Shown: one piece after another, positions 48,573 through 58,180 of the stretch
Numbering within the stretch: position 1 is the stretch's first letter
Layout: each line of letters starts with the position of its first letter
NCBI GenBank assembly: GCA_963822945.1
Contig: CAWGJO010000017.1
Span: forward strand, 12,902 to 76,901
DNA length: 64,000 bases
Origin: an uncultured Gemmatimonadaceae bacterium
GTDB lineage: Bacteria > Gemmatimonadota > Gemmatimonadetes > Gemmatimonadales > Gemmatimonadaceae
Direction of reading: 5' to 3'
Notes under the pieces: generated by a model
Told to the model about the DNA's origin: nothing
Seen by the model: only the letters and a program-made list of their open reading frames with translations
Database searches by the model: none
Position numbers and translations under genes: made by a program

Positions 48573-49016
48573 TCAGCTCTTGCAGGAGCTGGTCGACGTT
48601 CCGCCCGGGGTGTCCTTGGGAGGCACGCCGATGACCTTCACCCCCGCACCGCGCGAGATGTCCATGGCGTCGATGACGTCCTGAACCTTCACGCGGGGAT
48701 CGCCCTTGATGAAGATGATCTTGTCGGGGCGCGGGTCGTAGATGTCGTGCAGTTCCTGCGCCAGCTGGTCGTGCGAGTAGATCTTGGTATTGATCGCGTA
48801 GCAGCCGTCGAGGCCTACTTCGAGCACGATCTGGTCGGACTTGGCGTTGGCCGGCGCGACCGATGGATTGGGATCGGGCAACTGCAGATCGATGGCCTTC
48901 CGCATGCTCGGCAGCGCTGCCATGAAGATGATGAGCAGCACGAGCAAGACGTCGATCATGGGCGTCATGTTGGGCTCGTTGGTGAGCCCGCCCTGCCCGC
49001 CGGTTGACATAGCCAT
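48573..49016 (-). CDS. exbD: Biopolymer transport protein ExbD/TolR
   Basis: PNMTPMIDVLLVLLIIFM; IFIKGD; VIDAMD. Confidence 0.88.
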   Translation of the reverse strand: MAMSTGGQGGLTNEPNMTPMIDVLLVLLIIFMAALPSMRKAIDLQLPDPNPSVAPANAKSDQIVLEVGLDGCYAINTKIYSHDQLAQELHDIYDPRPDKIIFIKGDPRVKVQDVIDAMDISRGAGVKVIGVPPKDTPGGTSTSSCKS

Positions 49017-49501
49017 TAGTTGCTACCTCCACCAGGCGCCGGCGGAGCGTCCTTGCTGTCGCCCGGCACCGTGGACACCGTTCCCGGCTTCTGATCGCCG
49101 ATCATCGCCACGACGCGCACCCCGTTCTTGGCCGCGAGGTCCATGGCGTCGAGCACCTTCTCGTAGGCCAGGTCCTTGTCCGCCTTGATGTACAGGATGT
49201 AGTCGTCGCGATCGGGCTGCGAGTAGATGCCCTTGAGGATCGGGGCGATCTGATCGTAGGGAATCGGCTTCTTGTTGAAGTAGTAGTTCCCATCCTTGTC
49301 GATGCCGAGCACCTGGTCGGTGTTCGAGTCTTCGGGATGGTCCTTGATGTTCTGCGCATCGGGCGGGGTTGCGTTGAACCCCGCCAACAGGGCCGGCGTG
49401 ACCACCATGAAGATGATCAGGAGCACCAACATGACGTCGATCATCGGCGTCACGTTGGGCGTGCTCTGAACGCTGCCCCCGCTTTGTGGCGAGAAAGCCA
49501 T
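49016..49501 (-). CDS. exbD: Biopolymer transport protein ExbD/TolR
   Basis: PNVTPMIDVMLVLLIIFMV; YIKADKDLAYEKVLDAMD. Confidence 0.88.
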   Translation of the reverse strand: MAFSPQSGGSVQSTPNVTPMIDVMLVLLIIFMVVTPALLAGFNATPPDAQNIKDHPEDSNTDQVLGIDKDGNYYFNKKPIPYDQIAPILKGIYSQPDRDDYILYIKADKDLAYEKVLDAMDLAAKNGVRVVAMIGDQKPGTVSTVPGDSKDAPPAPGGGSN

Positions 49502-49531
49502 GAGCCAGACTCCTCAGTCGAAGGGGCGAAC

Positions 49532-50269
49532 CTACTGCTTGATCGGCGCGCCGGCGCTGGTCGACGCGTTGAATTCGCGCGTGAACCGCGAACGGCCGAA
49601 CTCGCCCGACACACCCTTGATCAGGTAGTCGATCATCTCCTTCGACACGTAGGTCATTTCCGCCGTCAGGTTGTCGATCTTGGTCGTGAAGTAGTTGTAC
49701 GCCCACACGGCCGGGATGGCGACGATGAGGCCGAAGGCCGTCGTGATCAGGGCTTCCGAGATACCGCCGCCGATCGACGCGAGACCGCCGGAGCCGGACA
49801 CGGCCATGCCCTGGAACGCGTTCACGATACCCATCGTGGTGCCGAGCAGTCCGACGAACGGCGCCGTGGCGCCCACCGTGGCGAGCACGGCCAGGCCGCG
49901 CTTCAGGTTGGTGATCTCGAGGAGCATGTTCCGCTCCACCGCGCGCTCCGCCGAGTTGATGTCGGCGACGGTGACGGACCCGTCCTGGATGAGGGGCTTC
50001 ACTTCACCGAGCGCGCCGCCGAGCACGAGGGCCACGTGCGACCGCTTGTAGCTTTCGGCCAGGTTGATCGCCTCGGTGAGGTTGTCCTCCTCGAGGAACT
50101 GGGAGAATTCGGGGGCGAACTTGATGGTTTCCTTCTGCGCCCGCCGCAGGCTCCACCACTTCGAGACCATGATCGTCAGGGAGTAGATGGACATCGCCGC
50201 CAGCACGAACACAATGCCTTTGGCGAAATAGCCCATCGAGCGCCACAGACCAAGCATTGAGACATCCAT
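49532..50269 (-). CDS. exbB: MotA/TolQ/ExbB proton channel
   Basis: LATVGATAPFVGLLGT; GISEALITTAFGLIVAIPA. Confidence 0.9.
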   Translation of the reverse strand: MDVSMLGLWRSMGYFAKGIVFVLAAMSIYSLTIMVSKWWSLRRAQKETIKFAPEFSQFLEEDNLTEAINLAESYKRSHVALVLGGALGEVKPLIQDGSVTVADINSAERAVERNMLLEITNLKRGLAVLATVGATAPFVGLLGTTMGIVNAFQGMAVSGSGGLASIGGGISEALITTAFGLIVAIPAVWAYNYFTTKIDNLTAEMTYVSKEMIDYLIKGVSGEFGRSRFTREFNASTSAGAPIKQ

Positions 50270-50332
50270 AATTCGTCGAGCTCCGATAAGGGATGCGGGG
50301 TGAGCGACCGCGCGTGCAGCGGTCGGAAGAGA

Positions 50333-51046
50333 CTAGCGACCGGCGAGACTGAACTGGAACGGCTGTTGGACGAGTTGCTTGACCTTGTGGCCGCCGATCT
50401 CCGCGGGGGTGTACCGGTAGTTCCGCAGCGCGTTCTTGACGGCCTGCGTGAACAAGTCGTGCGAGGACTTGATCACCTTGAAGGTGCTCATGTCGGCCCG
50501 GCCGTTCGTGTCGACCACGAACGACGCGACGACTTCACCCTCGACGTTGGCGGACCGCAGCATGTCGGGGTAGTGCGGACCGGGCTGCCCGGGCACCATG
50601 TCGGCCACCTTCTCCACCTGGAACGAATAGAACGTGTTGTTCTCGTTCGGCGGAGCCGTGCCGCCAGCGACGCCCTTGGCGATACCTCCGGCGACGCCCT
50701 TGCCGCTGAAGTCGGCGGCGTTGGTGACGCTCTTGGAGAGGTCGATCTTGGGCAGCACGTCGGGAATCTTGATGGGGGCCGTCAGCACCTGGAAGCCCTT
50801 GGGCGGCGGGGGCGCCACGACAGCTTGCGGCGGCGGCGCCTTCTCCTTGGGCGGCGGGGGCGGCTCCTTCTTCTGGACCGTGACGAAATCGACCTTCTCC
50901 GCCTTCGGCTTCTCGAGCTTCTGCGCGGCGTTGGCCGTCGCATAGACCGCACCCCCAATGAGCAGGGTGTGGATCACGAAACTCATGAACATGCCGCCGG
51001 CGGTTCTCTGCCGCTTCGCCTTGGATTCGATCAGGTTGTTGAACAT
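50333..51046 (-). CDS. tonB: Energy transducer TonB
   Basis: SFVIH TM motif; Pro-rich linker; YPDMLRSANVEGEVVASFVVDTNG...YTPA. Confidence 0.88.
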   Translation of the reverse strand: MFNNLIESKAKRQRTAGGMFMSFVIHTLLIGGAVYATANAAQKLEKPKAEKVDFVTVQKKEPPPPPKEKAPPPQAVVAPPPPKGFQVLTAPIKIPDVLPKIDLSKSVTNAADFSGKGVAGGIAKGVAGGTAPPNENNTFYSFQVEKVADMVPGQPGPHYPDMLRSANVEGEVVASFVVDTNGRADMSTFKVIKSSHDLFTQAVKNALRNYRYTPAEIGGHKVKQLVQQPFQFSLAGR

Positions 51047-51183
51047 GGTCCTCGCAAATCCGGCCTGAGGGAGGGACAACACACTGAGCTTGCACGGGGT
51101 AACCTACGAACTCAGCCCCGGAGCGGAATACTCGCCAGATTAAGAAACGATGAAGCGGCCGTTAGAAAGTCATGGGCGCGTCG

Positions 51184-52692
51184 TCACGCCTCTTCCGCTT
51201 GCGCGGTCCCGGTCTCCGGCAGCTGCGGCGGTTCGTCGAGCATCGGCAACAGCACGGTGAAGACGCTGCCCCGCCCCAGGCGCGACTGCACGGTCAGCGT
51301 CCCCCCGTGCGCCTGCACGATCCACTGCGCGATGGCCAGGCCGAGGCCGAATCCTCCCCGCTCCGACGCGCGCGAACGCACACGGTCGGCCCGCCAGAAG
51401 CGCTCGAACACATACGGGAGGTCGGCGGCCGAGATTCCCATCCCGCTGTCGCGCACCGCGAACGCCACCGCGTTGTTGTTGCGGTGGCTCAACGTCATCT
51501 CCACCTTGCCGCTGCGCGGCGTGTACTTGATGGCGTTGGTCACGAGATTCAGGAACAGCTGTCGCAGGCGCGCAGCATCTCCCAGCACGATCCCGTCCTC
51601 GACCAGCGGGAGCGTGACCGTGATGCCCGACTCTTCGCCGAGAATCGTGGCCGTTTCCGCCACGTCGCGTACGATCGGCTCGAGGTGGACCGGCGCGCGG
51701 TGAAGATCGAATCGTCCCTCGTCGGCCCGGGCCAGCGTGAGCAGGCTGTCCACGAGATCGGCCATGCGCGTGATCTCCTGCATGGCCTCCTCGAGCGCGA
51801 CCCCGCGATCAGCCTCCGCGGTGCCGGGGTGGGTGGCACGCTCGATGTCGGCGCGCAGGACAGCGAGCGGCGTCTTCAGTTCGTGGCTGGCGTCGGCCGT
51901 GAAGCGGCGAAGCGCGCCGAACGACGCCTGCAGGCGGGCGATCATGCGGTTCAGCGTCTCGGCGAGCCGCCCGAGTTCGTCGTCGGCGGTGTCGGTGGGT
52001 AGCCGGCGGTGCAGACTGCGACCGTCGGTGATCGCTTCGACCTCGTTGATCAACAGCTCCACCGGCCGGAACGCCCGGCCGGCCAGATAATAGGCCGCCC
52101 CCAGGGAGATCAGCAGCACCAACGGGGCGAGCAGCAGCATGGTGCCGATGAGGAGTTGCGGCGCGAGTTCGGCGGTGGCGGTGGGCAATCCGGCGACGAC
52201 GCGCGAGATGTTGGGCCCGGTGGCGGTGTCGCTGACGGCGGCGAGCAGGAGATCGTGGATCACCTCGTCCTGGCCGATCGGGACGACGGCCGTCGCGCCG
52301 TCGGTGACCAGCGCGCGTCCCACCGCGTACACGGTGTCCTGATCCACCTGGTCGAGCAGGCGGAGCGTGGTGGAGGAGTAGAGCAGCCGGTCCTGCGGAT
52401 CGAGGACGAGGAAATATCCGGGGAGCCGTCCGAGCACCTCGCTCATTGCCGGCGTCGGCTGCGTGACGCCGCCGCTCACCGGGTTCTCGGAGATGACCGT
52501 CAGTTGCCGGTTGTTGGCCTGGGCCGTGATGATCGTGCCGAGCACCGCGTGCGCTTCCTGGCGCGCCCGGATGCCGAGTTCCTCGATCGCCGAGGCGCGG
52601 CGGGCGAGGTACAGCGCCCCACCGAACGCGAGCATCGTCGCGAACAGCAGTCCGGCGTACGCCGTGGTGAGCCGGGTGCGGGTGCTGTACAT
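51184..52692 (-). CDS. HAMP-containing sensor histidine kinase (CusS/CzcS-like)
   Basis: Two TMs; DELGRLAETLN; FTADASHELKTPL; NLVTNAIKY; DSGMGI; GFGLGLAI. Confidence 0.92.
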   Translation of the reverse strand: MYSTRTRLTTAYAGLLFATMLAFGGALYLARRASAIEELGIRARQEAHAVLGTIITAQANNRQLTVISENPVSGGVTQPTPAMSEVLGRLPGYFLVLDPQDRLLYSSTTLRLLDQVDQDTVYAVGRALVTDGATAVVPIGQDEVIHDLLLAAVSDTATGPNISRVVAGLPTATAELAPQLLIGTMLLLAPLVLLISLGAAYYLAGRAFRPVELLINEVEAITDGRSLHRRLPTDTADDELGRLAETLNRMIARLQASFGALRRFTADASHELKTPLAVLRADIERATHPGTAEADRGVALEEAMQEITRMADLVDSLLTLARADEGRFDLHRAPVHLEPIVRDVAETATILGEESGITVTLPLVEDGIVLGDAARLRQLFLNLVTNAIKYTPRSGKVEMTLSHRNNNAVAFAVRDSGMGISAADLPYVFERFWRADRVRSRASERGGFGLGLAIAQWIVQAHGGTLTVQSRLGRGSVFTVLLPMLDEPPQLPETGTAQAEEA

Positions 52693-52708
52693 GGCGCGGC
52701 GGCGGCGC

Positions 52709-53377
52709 TCAGGCCTTGATCATGTAGCCGACGCCGCGCACGGTGGTGATCAGCCGCTCGCGCCGGCCGGCGTCGATCTTCTTGCGCAGGTGGTTGATGA
52801 CGACATCGACGATGTTCGTGCCGGGATCGAAGTGATAGCCCCAGGCGTACTCGGTAATCAGCGTGCGGCTCATCACGCGCCCCTGGTGGCGCATGAGGTA
52901 CTCGAGCACGGTGAATTCCTTGGGGGTCAGGTCCACCGGCTGGCCGCCGCGGCGAACCTCCCGCGTGCCGAGATCGAGTTCCAGGTCCGCCACCTGGAGC
53001 GTGGGGGAGGCGATGGCGCGCGGGCGCCGCGACAGGGCCTCGACGCGGGCCAGCAGTTCCTCGAACGCGAACGGCTTGGTGACGTAGTCGTCGGCGCCCG
53101 CGCGGAGCGTCGTGACCTTGGCGTCCACGGCATCCTGCGCGGTAAGCACGAGCACCGGGCGCGTGAAGCCGCGGGCGCGCAACGACTGCAGCACCTCGAG
53201 CCCGCTCTTGCCCGGCAGGCGCATGTCGAGAATCACGAGGTCGTAGGCGTCGGAGTCGGCGCGCCGCTCGCCCTCCTCACCATCGGGCACCAGGTCCACC
53301 GCCCACCGCTGCTCTTCCAGACCGCGCTTCACGTGCTGGCCGACGGTCGGGTCGTCTTCGATCACCAGAATGCGCAT
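52709..53377 (-). CDS. OmpR-family response regulator (CusR/CzcR-like)
   Basis: [46 protein letters not shown]. Confidence 0.93.
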   Translation of the reverse strand: MRILVIEDDPTVGQHVKRGLEEQRWAVDLVPDGEEGERRADSDAYDLVILDMRLPGKSGLEVLQSLRARGFTRPVLVLTAQDAVDAKVTTLRAGADDYVTKPFAFEELLARVEALSRRPRAIASPTLQVADLELDLGTREVRRGGQPVDLTPKEFTVLEYLMRHQGRVMSRTLITEYAWGYHFDPGTNIVDVVINHLRKKIDAGRRERLITTVRGVGYMIKA

Positions 53378-53380
53378 GGA

Positions 53381-54733
53381 TCAGTTCCGCCCAGGGCGCG
53401 AGAGGCCGTATTCCCGGATCTTCCGGTACAGGGTCTTGGGTGAGATGCCGAGGACTTCGGCCGTCTGTCCCTGGTGCCAGCCCATGTGGGCGAGCACCGA
53501 TTCGATGTGGCGCCGCTCGAGCTCGGCCAGCGACACACGGCTGCCCGGCAGGCCGCTGGCCGGCCGGGCCTGCGCGATGGGCAGATCGGCCGCACCGAGC
53601 ACCGGACCGCGATGCAGCAGCAGCGCCCGTTCGATGACGTTGCGCAACTCGCGGATGTTGCCCGGCCACTCGTACGCCTGGAGCATCTCCACCGCATCGG
53701 GCGCGAGGGTCGGAGCCCCCGAGCCGCGGAAGCGTTCCAGGAAGTGCTCGGCCAGCAGCGGGATGTCGACCGTGCGTTCGCGGAGCGGTGGCAGCGCGAC
53801 GGTGACGGTGTTGATGCGATAGAGGAGGTCGCCGCGGAACCGGCCTTCCCCCACCAGCGCATCGAGGTCGCGGTTGCTCGCCGTGACGAGGCGGGTATGG
53901 ATCTCCACGCGCTGCATGCCGCCGGCGCGGAAGTAGCTCCCGTGCTCCAGGGCGCGCAGCAGGCGCCCCTGCATGCGCGGCTCGAGTTCGCTGATCTCGT
54001 CCATGTGCAGCGTGCCGCTCGTGGCCATTTCCAGGAACCCGACCTTCCGTTCCGTCGCACCGGCGAACGCCCCGCGTTCGTACCCGAACAGTTCGGTCTC
54101 GAGATTCTGGTCGGAGAGCATGGCGCAGTTGAGATCGACGAACGGTCCCGCGCGGCCCGAGAGATGATGGATGGCGCGCGCCAGCAGGTCCTTGCCGGTG
54201 CCCGACTCGCCCGTGATCAGGACGGGCGCGTCGCTGGGCGCCGCCTTCTCGATCACGTCGAGCACGGCCTGCATCGGCGCGTAGCGGGTCTGCACTACCG
54301 GGGCACCGTCGATACGCGACAGCCGCTGGTGGAGGAACTGATTCTCGCGCGCCAGCTGCCGCTTCTCCCAGGCCCGGTGCACCAGCACGTCGATCTCCGC
54401 CATGCGGTACGGCTTGGTCATGTAGTCGTACGCGCCGAGCTTCATGGCGGTGATGGCGTTGTCGATCGTGCCGTTGCCCGTGATGATGATGATCTCGGGC
54501 GGCGACGGGTCTTCCCGAACCTGGCGCATGACCTCGAGGCCGTCCAGCTCCGGCATCACGATGTCCAGCAGCGCGACGTCGAAGGTCTCGGTGCGCATGG
54601 CTTCGAGCGCCTGCCGTCCGTCGGAGGTCACGCGCACCGCGTGGCCCCGCCCGCTCAGGTACGACGCCAGGATCTCAGCCAGCTTCCCCTCGTCCTCGGC
54701 GATGAGGATGCGGATGGCGGGCGCTTCGTTCAT
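53381..54733 (-). CDS. NtrC-family response regulator (REC-AAA+-HTH_Fis)
   Basis: [52 protein letters not shown]. Confidence 0.93.
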   Translation of the reverse strand: MNEAPAIRILIAEDEGKLAEILASYLSGRGHAVRVTSDGRQALEAMRTETFDVALLDIVMPELDGLEVMRQVREDPSPPEIIIITGNGTIDNAITAMKLGAYDYMTKPYRMAEIDVLVHRAWEKRQLARENQFLHQRLSRIDGAPVVQTRYAPMQAVLDVIEKAAPSDAPVLITGESGTGKDLLARAIHHLSGRAGPFVDLNCAMLSDQNLETELFGYERGAFAGATERKVGFLEMATSGTLHMDEISELEPRMQGRLLRALEHGSYFRAGGMQRVEIHTRLVTASNRDLDALVGEGRFRGDLLYRINTVTVALPPLRERTVDIPLLAEHFLERFRGSGAPTLAPDAVEMLQAYEWPGNIRELRNVIERALLLHRGPVLGAADLPIAQARPASGLPGSRVSLAELERRHIESVLAHMGWHQGQTAEVLGISPKTLYRKIREYGLSRPGRN

Positions 54734-56418
54734 CGCGACTCCTCCGCAGGCAAGAGAACGCGGAACACGCTGCCGCGTCCAAAGGTGGAACTCACCTCGA
54801 TCCGTCCGCCATGATCCGAGACGATCGAGTAGCAGACCGAGAGGCCGAGGCCGGTGCCCCGCCCCACCGGTTTGGTGGTGAAAAATGGTTCGAAGATCCG
54901 GGGCATCTCGTCGCGCCGGATGCCCACGCCGTCGTCCGCCACCTCGACTATCACCTGGCCCGAACCGGCGGCGCCCGTGCGCACGCGAATCTCGCCTGCG
55001 GCCCGGCTGGCGTCCATGGCGTCCATGGCATTCAGGAGCAGCGCCATCAGCACCTGGATCAGCTGCTCGTCGTTGCCGACGATGTTCGGCACGTCGCCGT
55101 CGAGGCTGGTCACCACGCGCAGGGTCTTGAATCGCGCGTGATGCTTGAGGAGGAACAGTGTCCGCTCGACGAGCGCATTCACGAGCACCGGCTCCCGACG
55201 GGCCGGTCGCGGTCGGCTGAAGTCCAGCACGCCCGCCACGATCCCACTGCACCGGTTGACCTCGTGGCCGATCAACTGCAGGACGGCGTGCAGCTCCGCC
55301 ACGAGGTCTTCGCCCGTCAGCCGGCCGTCGTTGACCCGCATCTCGAGCGATTCCGCGGCCGCCGCGATCGTCGCCAGCGGGTTGTTGATCTCATGCATCA
55401 CGCCGGCGGCGAGGGTCCCCAGCGCGGCGAGCTTCTCCGCCTGGGCGACGCGCGCCTCCGCCTTCTTCCACTCCGTGATGTCCTCACCGATGGTGATCGC
55501 GTGCGTGATCTCTCCGGCGCCGGTGCGCATCGGGATCTTGGTGAGCCGGTAGACGCGCGGCTCCCCCGTGGCATTCGACTCGGTCTGGAACTGCTGGATG
55601 TCGCCCTTCGCGAACAGTTCCTCGAACTCGCGGCGCAGGATGTCGGCCGGCTGCCGGTGGAGGACGTCGAAGATGGTGTGTCCGAGCACCTGGGTTCGGG
55701 CCACGCCCTGCAGCCCCGTCTCCCGCTTGCGGTTCCAGGCGCGCACGCGGAAGTCCCGATCGATCACGTAGAGCCCCACCGGCAGCGTGTCCACGATCCG
55801 CTCGAAGAAGGCCCGCTGATTCTCGATCTCGCGCGTGCCGGCGGCGACGGTCTCCTCGAGTTCCCGAAGTCTGGCGCTCTGCCCCAGCATGGGGGCCAAC
55901 AGCGCCGCGACGCGGGCGATGAGGGCCTGCGCTTCACCGTTCGGCGCGGCGGCCAGCGCGACGACGAGCAACCCGACCGCCCGCCGCCCGGCCCGGAGCG
56001 GAACGACGGTGGTCGGAGCCGCCGGCGCCCGCCGCCGACGCATTGCATGAGCCGCAGCTTCGGCCGTGAGCCCGTCGCTCCCCACACCCCAGGCGCGCCG
56101 CATCCCCGTCGTCTCGGGGATCCAGATGCTGCACCCCGCCGCTCTCAGCGACTGCCGGAAAGCCCGAAGCCCGGCGGGCATGGCCCGATCGAGGTTCGCG
56201 TCCCGCGCAAATGCCCGCGCGATTCGAAGGAACGCATCAGCCGCGTCCGGCGCAGCACGGCGCGGGCGGGTCGCGGAAGACGCCTTCTTGGTGGAGGACT
56301 TTGGCGGACGGGGCAGCGAACCGACTCCGGCGGGGTAGAAGTCAGAAACTACGGCGCCGCCGACAGCCGGACAAGATGACCGAACCGACGCGATGGGGGC
56401 TATCGGAGCGGGAAGCAC
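54730..56418 (-). CDS. Cytoplasmic PAS sensor histidine kinase (start uncertain)
   Basis: PAS IVDTLPVGLYVID...WN; AAGVMHEINNPL; NAMDAM; FEPFFTTKPVGRGTGLGLS. Confidence 0.9.
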   Translation of the reverse strand: MLPAPIAPIASVRSSCPAVGGAVVSDFYPAGVGSLPRPPKSSTKKASSATRPRRAAPDAADAFLRIARAFARDANLDRAMPAGLRAFRQSLRAAGCSIWIPETTGMRRAWGVGSDGLTAEAAAHAMRRRRAPAAPTTVVPLRAGRRAVGLLVVALAAAPNGEAQALIARVAALLAPMLGQSARLRELEETVAAGTREIENQRAFFERIVDTLPVGLYVIDRDFRVRAWNRKRETGLQGVARTQVLGHTIFDVLHRQPADILRREFEELFAKGDIQQFQTESNATGEPRVYRLTKIPMRTGAGEITHAITIGEDITEWKKAEARVAQAEKLAALGTLAAGVMHEINNPLATIAAAAESLEMRVNDGRLTGEDLVAELHAVLQLIGHEVNRCSGIVAGVLDFSRPRPARREPVLVNALVERTLFLLKHHARFKTLRVVTSLDGDVPNIVGNDEQLIQVLMALLLNAMDAMDASRAAGEIRVRTGAAGSGQVIVEVADDGVGIRRDEMPRIFEPFFTTKPVGRGTGLGLSVCYSIVSDHGGRIEVSSTFGRGSVFRVLLPAEESR

Positions 56419-56438
56419 GTCTCACGGGAATAGAACGC

Positions 56439-56470
56439 GGGGACCGCCGGCGCGAACGCCGACGGTCCCC
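56439..56470 (-). terminator. Hairpin downstream of tRNA-Ala
   Basis: ggggaccgccggcg-cgaa-cgccgacggtcccc (TTCG loop on minus strand). Confidence 0.6.
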
Positions 56471-56496
56471 GAGAGCCCACAAACAATAATTCGGGA

Positions 56497-56569
<73 letters not shown>

Positions 56570-56608
56570 GAAACTACGAAACAAATATAAAGCGACACGG
56601 AGAAACTG

Positions 56609-56720
56609 CGCAGGGCCGGTACTACGCAGGGCCGAAGCCACGCAGGGCCGAAGCCACGCAGGGCCGAAACGGCGCAGGGGCGAAACGGCGCAGGGGCGAA
56701 ACGGCGCAGGGGCGAAACGG
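56609..56720. repeat. Tandem array of seven 16-bp units
   Basis: cgcagggccggtacta, cgcagggccgaagcca x2, cgcagggccgaaacgg, cgcaggggcgaaacgg x3. Confidence 0.95.
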
Positions 56721-56742
56721 CGGGGAAGCGGAAGTGAGGAAA

Positions 56743-56772
56743 CGGCGGGTCGCGTGAAACTGCGACCCGCCG
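56743..56772 (-). terminator. Hairpin between the two repeat arrays; likely act operon terminator
   Basis: cggcgggtcgc-gtgaaact-gcgacccgccg (11-bp stem), followed on the minus strand by tttcctcactt. Confidence 0.65.
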
Positions 56773-56790
56773 CTCCGGGAACGTTGGTGT

Positions 56791-56846
56791 ACCGACCTAC
56801 CGACCTACCGACCTACCGACCTACCGGCTTACCGACCTACCGACGT
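56791..56846. repeat. Tandem array of seven octamers (ACCGACCT)
   Basis: accgacct x4, accggctt, accgacct, accgacgt. Confidence 0.95.
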
Positions 56847-56854
56847 GCAACGTC

Positions 56855-58180
56855 TCACTCGTGGGCCGGCAGCGGCTCCATGGTCTTCGGATCCACCGGG
56901 ACCTGGATCTCGTCGCGGTAGCGCGAGGTCATCGCGGTGAGGCGCATCCGCGGGAAGGCATCCATGAACTTGATGTAGCACAGCCCCCAGAGCCCGAGGT
57001 ACAGCGCGCCGACGCCGAGTTCCCAGATGCCGAAGGGCGCCGCGGCGGCCACGCCGTACGCGGAGGGATAGACCTCGATGTAGCGCATGAGCCAGAGGCC
57101 CACGAGGCTGCTCGTGGCGAACAGAATGTGCGTGGGCAGGTACATCTTGGCGGCCTTCGAGATCAGGCCGAAGAAGGGCAGCACGAACACCAGCCAGATG
57201 GACGCGACGGTGAGCACCTTCCACGGATGGATGAGCCGCAGCCGCATGAAGAACGTCTGCTCGCCCATGTTTCCGTACCAGATCACCAGGTACTGACCGA
57301 AGGTCAGGTAGCCCCAGAAGGCGGTGAACGCGAAGCAGAGCTTCCCGATGTCATGGATCTGCTTCTCGGTGATCAGATCGTCCGCGCCGAGGTACCGGCG
57401 CCAGGCCATCACGAGCATGGTGAACATCATGAGCGCCGAGAGCCACGCGCCCATGAAGAACCACCAGCTATAGAGATCGCTCTGGAACCGCATCGACAGG
57501 CTCATCGACAGGTCCCACGCCAACAGCGACCAGCCGAAGGCGTAGGTGATGGCGATCGCGACGGCGAGTTTCCCGTGGATGGAGTGCGTGGAATGGATCT
57601 CTCGCCGCTCCTCGCCGAATCCGCGGCGCATGCGGTCGCGGATGCCGGCCGCCCACTTGGCGCCCGCCTCCGGAATCTGGCCGACGTCCAGCCGCACGGA
57701 GCGGTAGACGAACCAGAGCGGAAGTACGGTGAGCACGCCGAAGACGACGATGTCCCGGATGATCAGGAACGTCGCGCCGTAGTACAGCGCCTTCTCGGGA
57801 TTGGGATACGACCCGTGGGCCCACGGGAAGATGTGGCCCTTGCCCGCGAACAGGCTGACGAGCAGGAACAGGAAGGCGACGGGGAGGAACGCCACGTAGC
57901 CTTCGAGCATGCGGACCACCGGGCGCGACCAGCGGGCCGTGGTGATGCGCTGGACGGCGACGATCGCCATGGCGCCCGAGGACAGACCGGCGAAGAAGAG
58001 CCAGTTGAAGTGCCAGGCATGCCATGCCCGGTCTGGCGCGATGAACAGGCCGGCGATGAACACCGCGGCGCCGACGAGCGTCAGCACCAGGCTCACCGTG
58101 GTCAGCGACTTGGGCAGCGGCTTGCTGGTGGCGGCCAGCAGTTCGTCGCGCGTCGGAACGCGGGGTGGGTGGAGGCTCAC
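56855..58180 (-). CDS. actF: Alternative complex III subunit ActF-like polytopic membrane protein
   Basis: ARWS...RMLE, IFPW, WDLSMSL, HDIGKLCFAFTAFWGYLTFGQYLVIWYGN; position in act operon. Confidence 0.8.
   Translation of the reverse strand: MSLHPPRVPTRDELLAATSKPLPKSLTTVSLVLTLVGAAVFIAGLFIAPDRAWHAWHFNWLFFAGLSSGAMAIVAVQRITTARWSRPVVRMLEGYVAFLPVAFLFLLVSLFAGKGHIFPWAHGSYPNPEKALYYGATFLIIRDIVVFGVLTVLPLWFVYRSVRLDVGQIPEAGAKWAAGIRDRMRRGFGEERREIHSTHSIHGKLAVAIAITYAFGWSLLAWDLSMSLSMRFQSDLYSWWFFMGAWLSALMMFTMLVMAWRRYLGADDLITEKQIHDIGKLCFAFTAFWGYLTFGQYLVIWYGNMGEQTFFMRLRLIHPWKVLTVASIWLVFVLPFFGLISKAAKMYLPTHILFATSSLVGLWLMRYIEVYPSAYGVAAAAPFGIWELGVGALYLGLWGLCYIKFMDAFPRMRLTAMTSRYRDEIQVPVDPKTMEPLPAHE

Noticed and set aside
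56609..56846. Possible CRISPR or guide-RNA array
   Set aside because: Units are 16 and 8 bp and directly tandem with no unique spacers; no cas or other nuclease gene in the window
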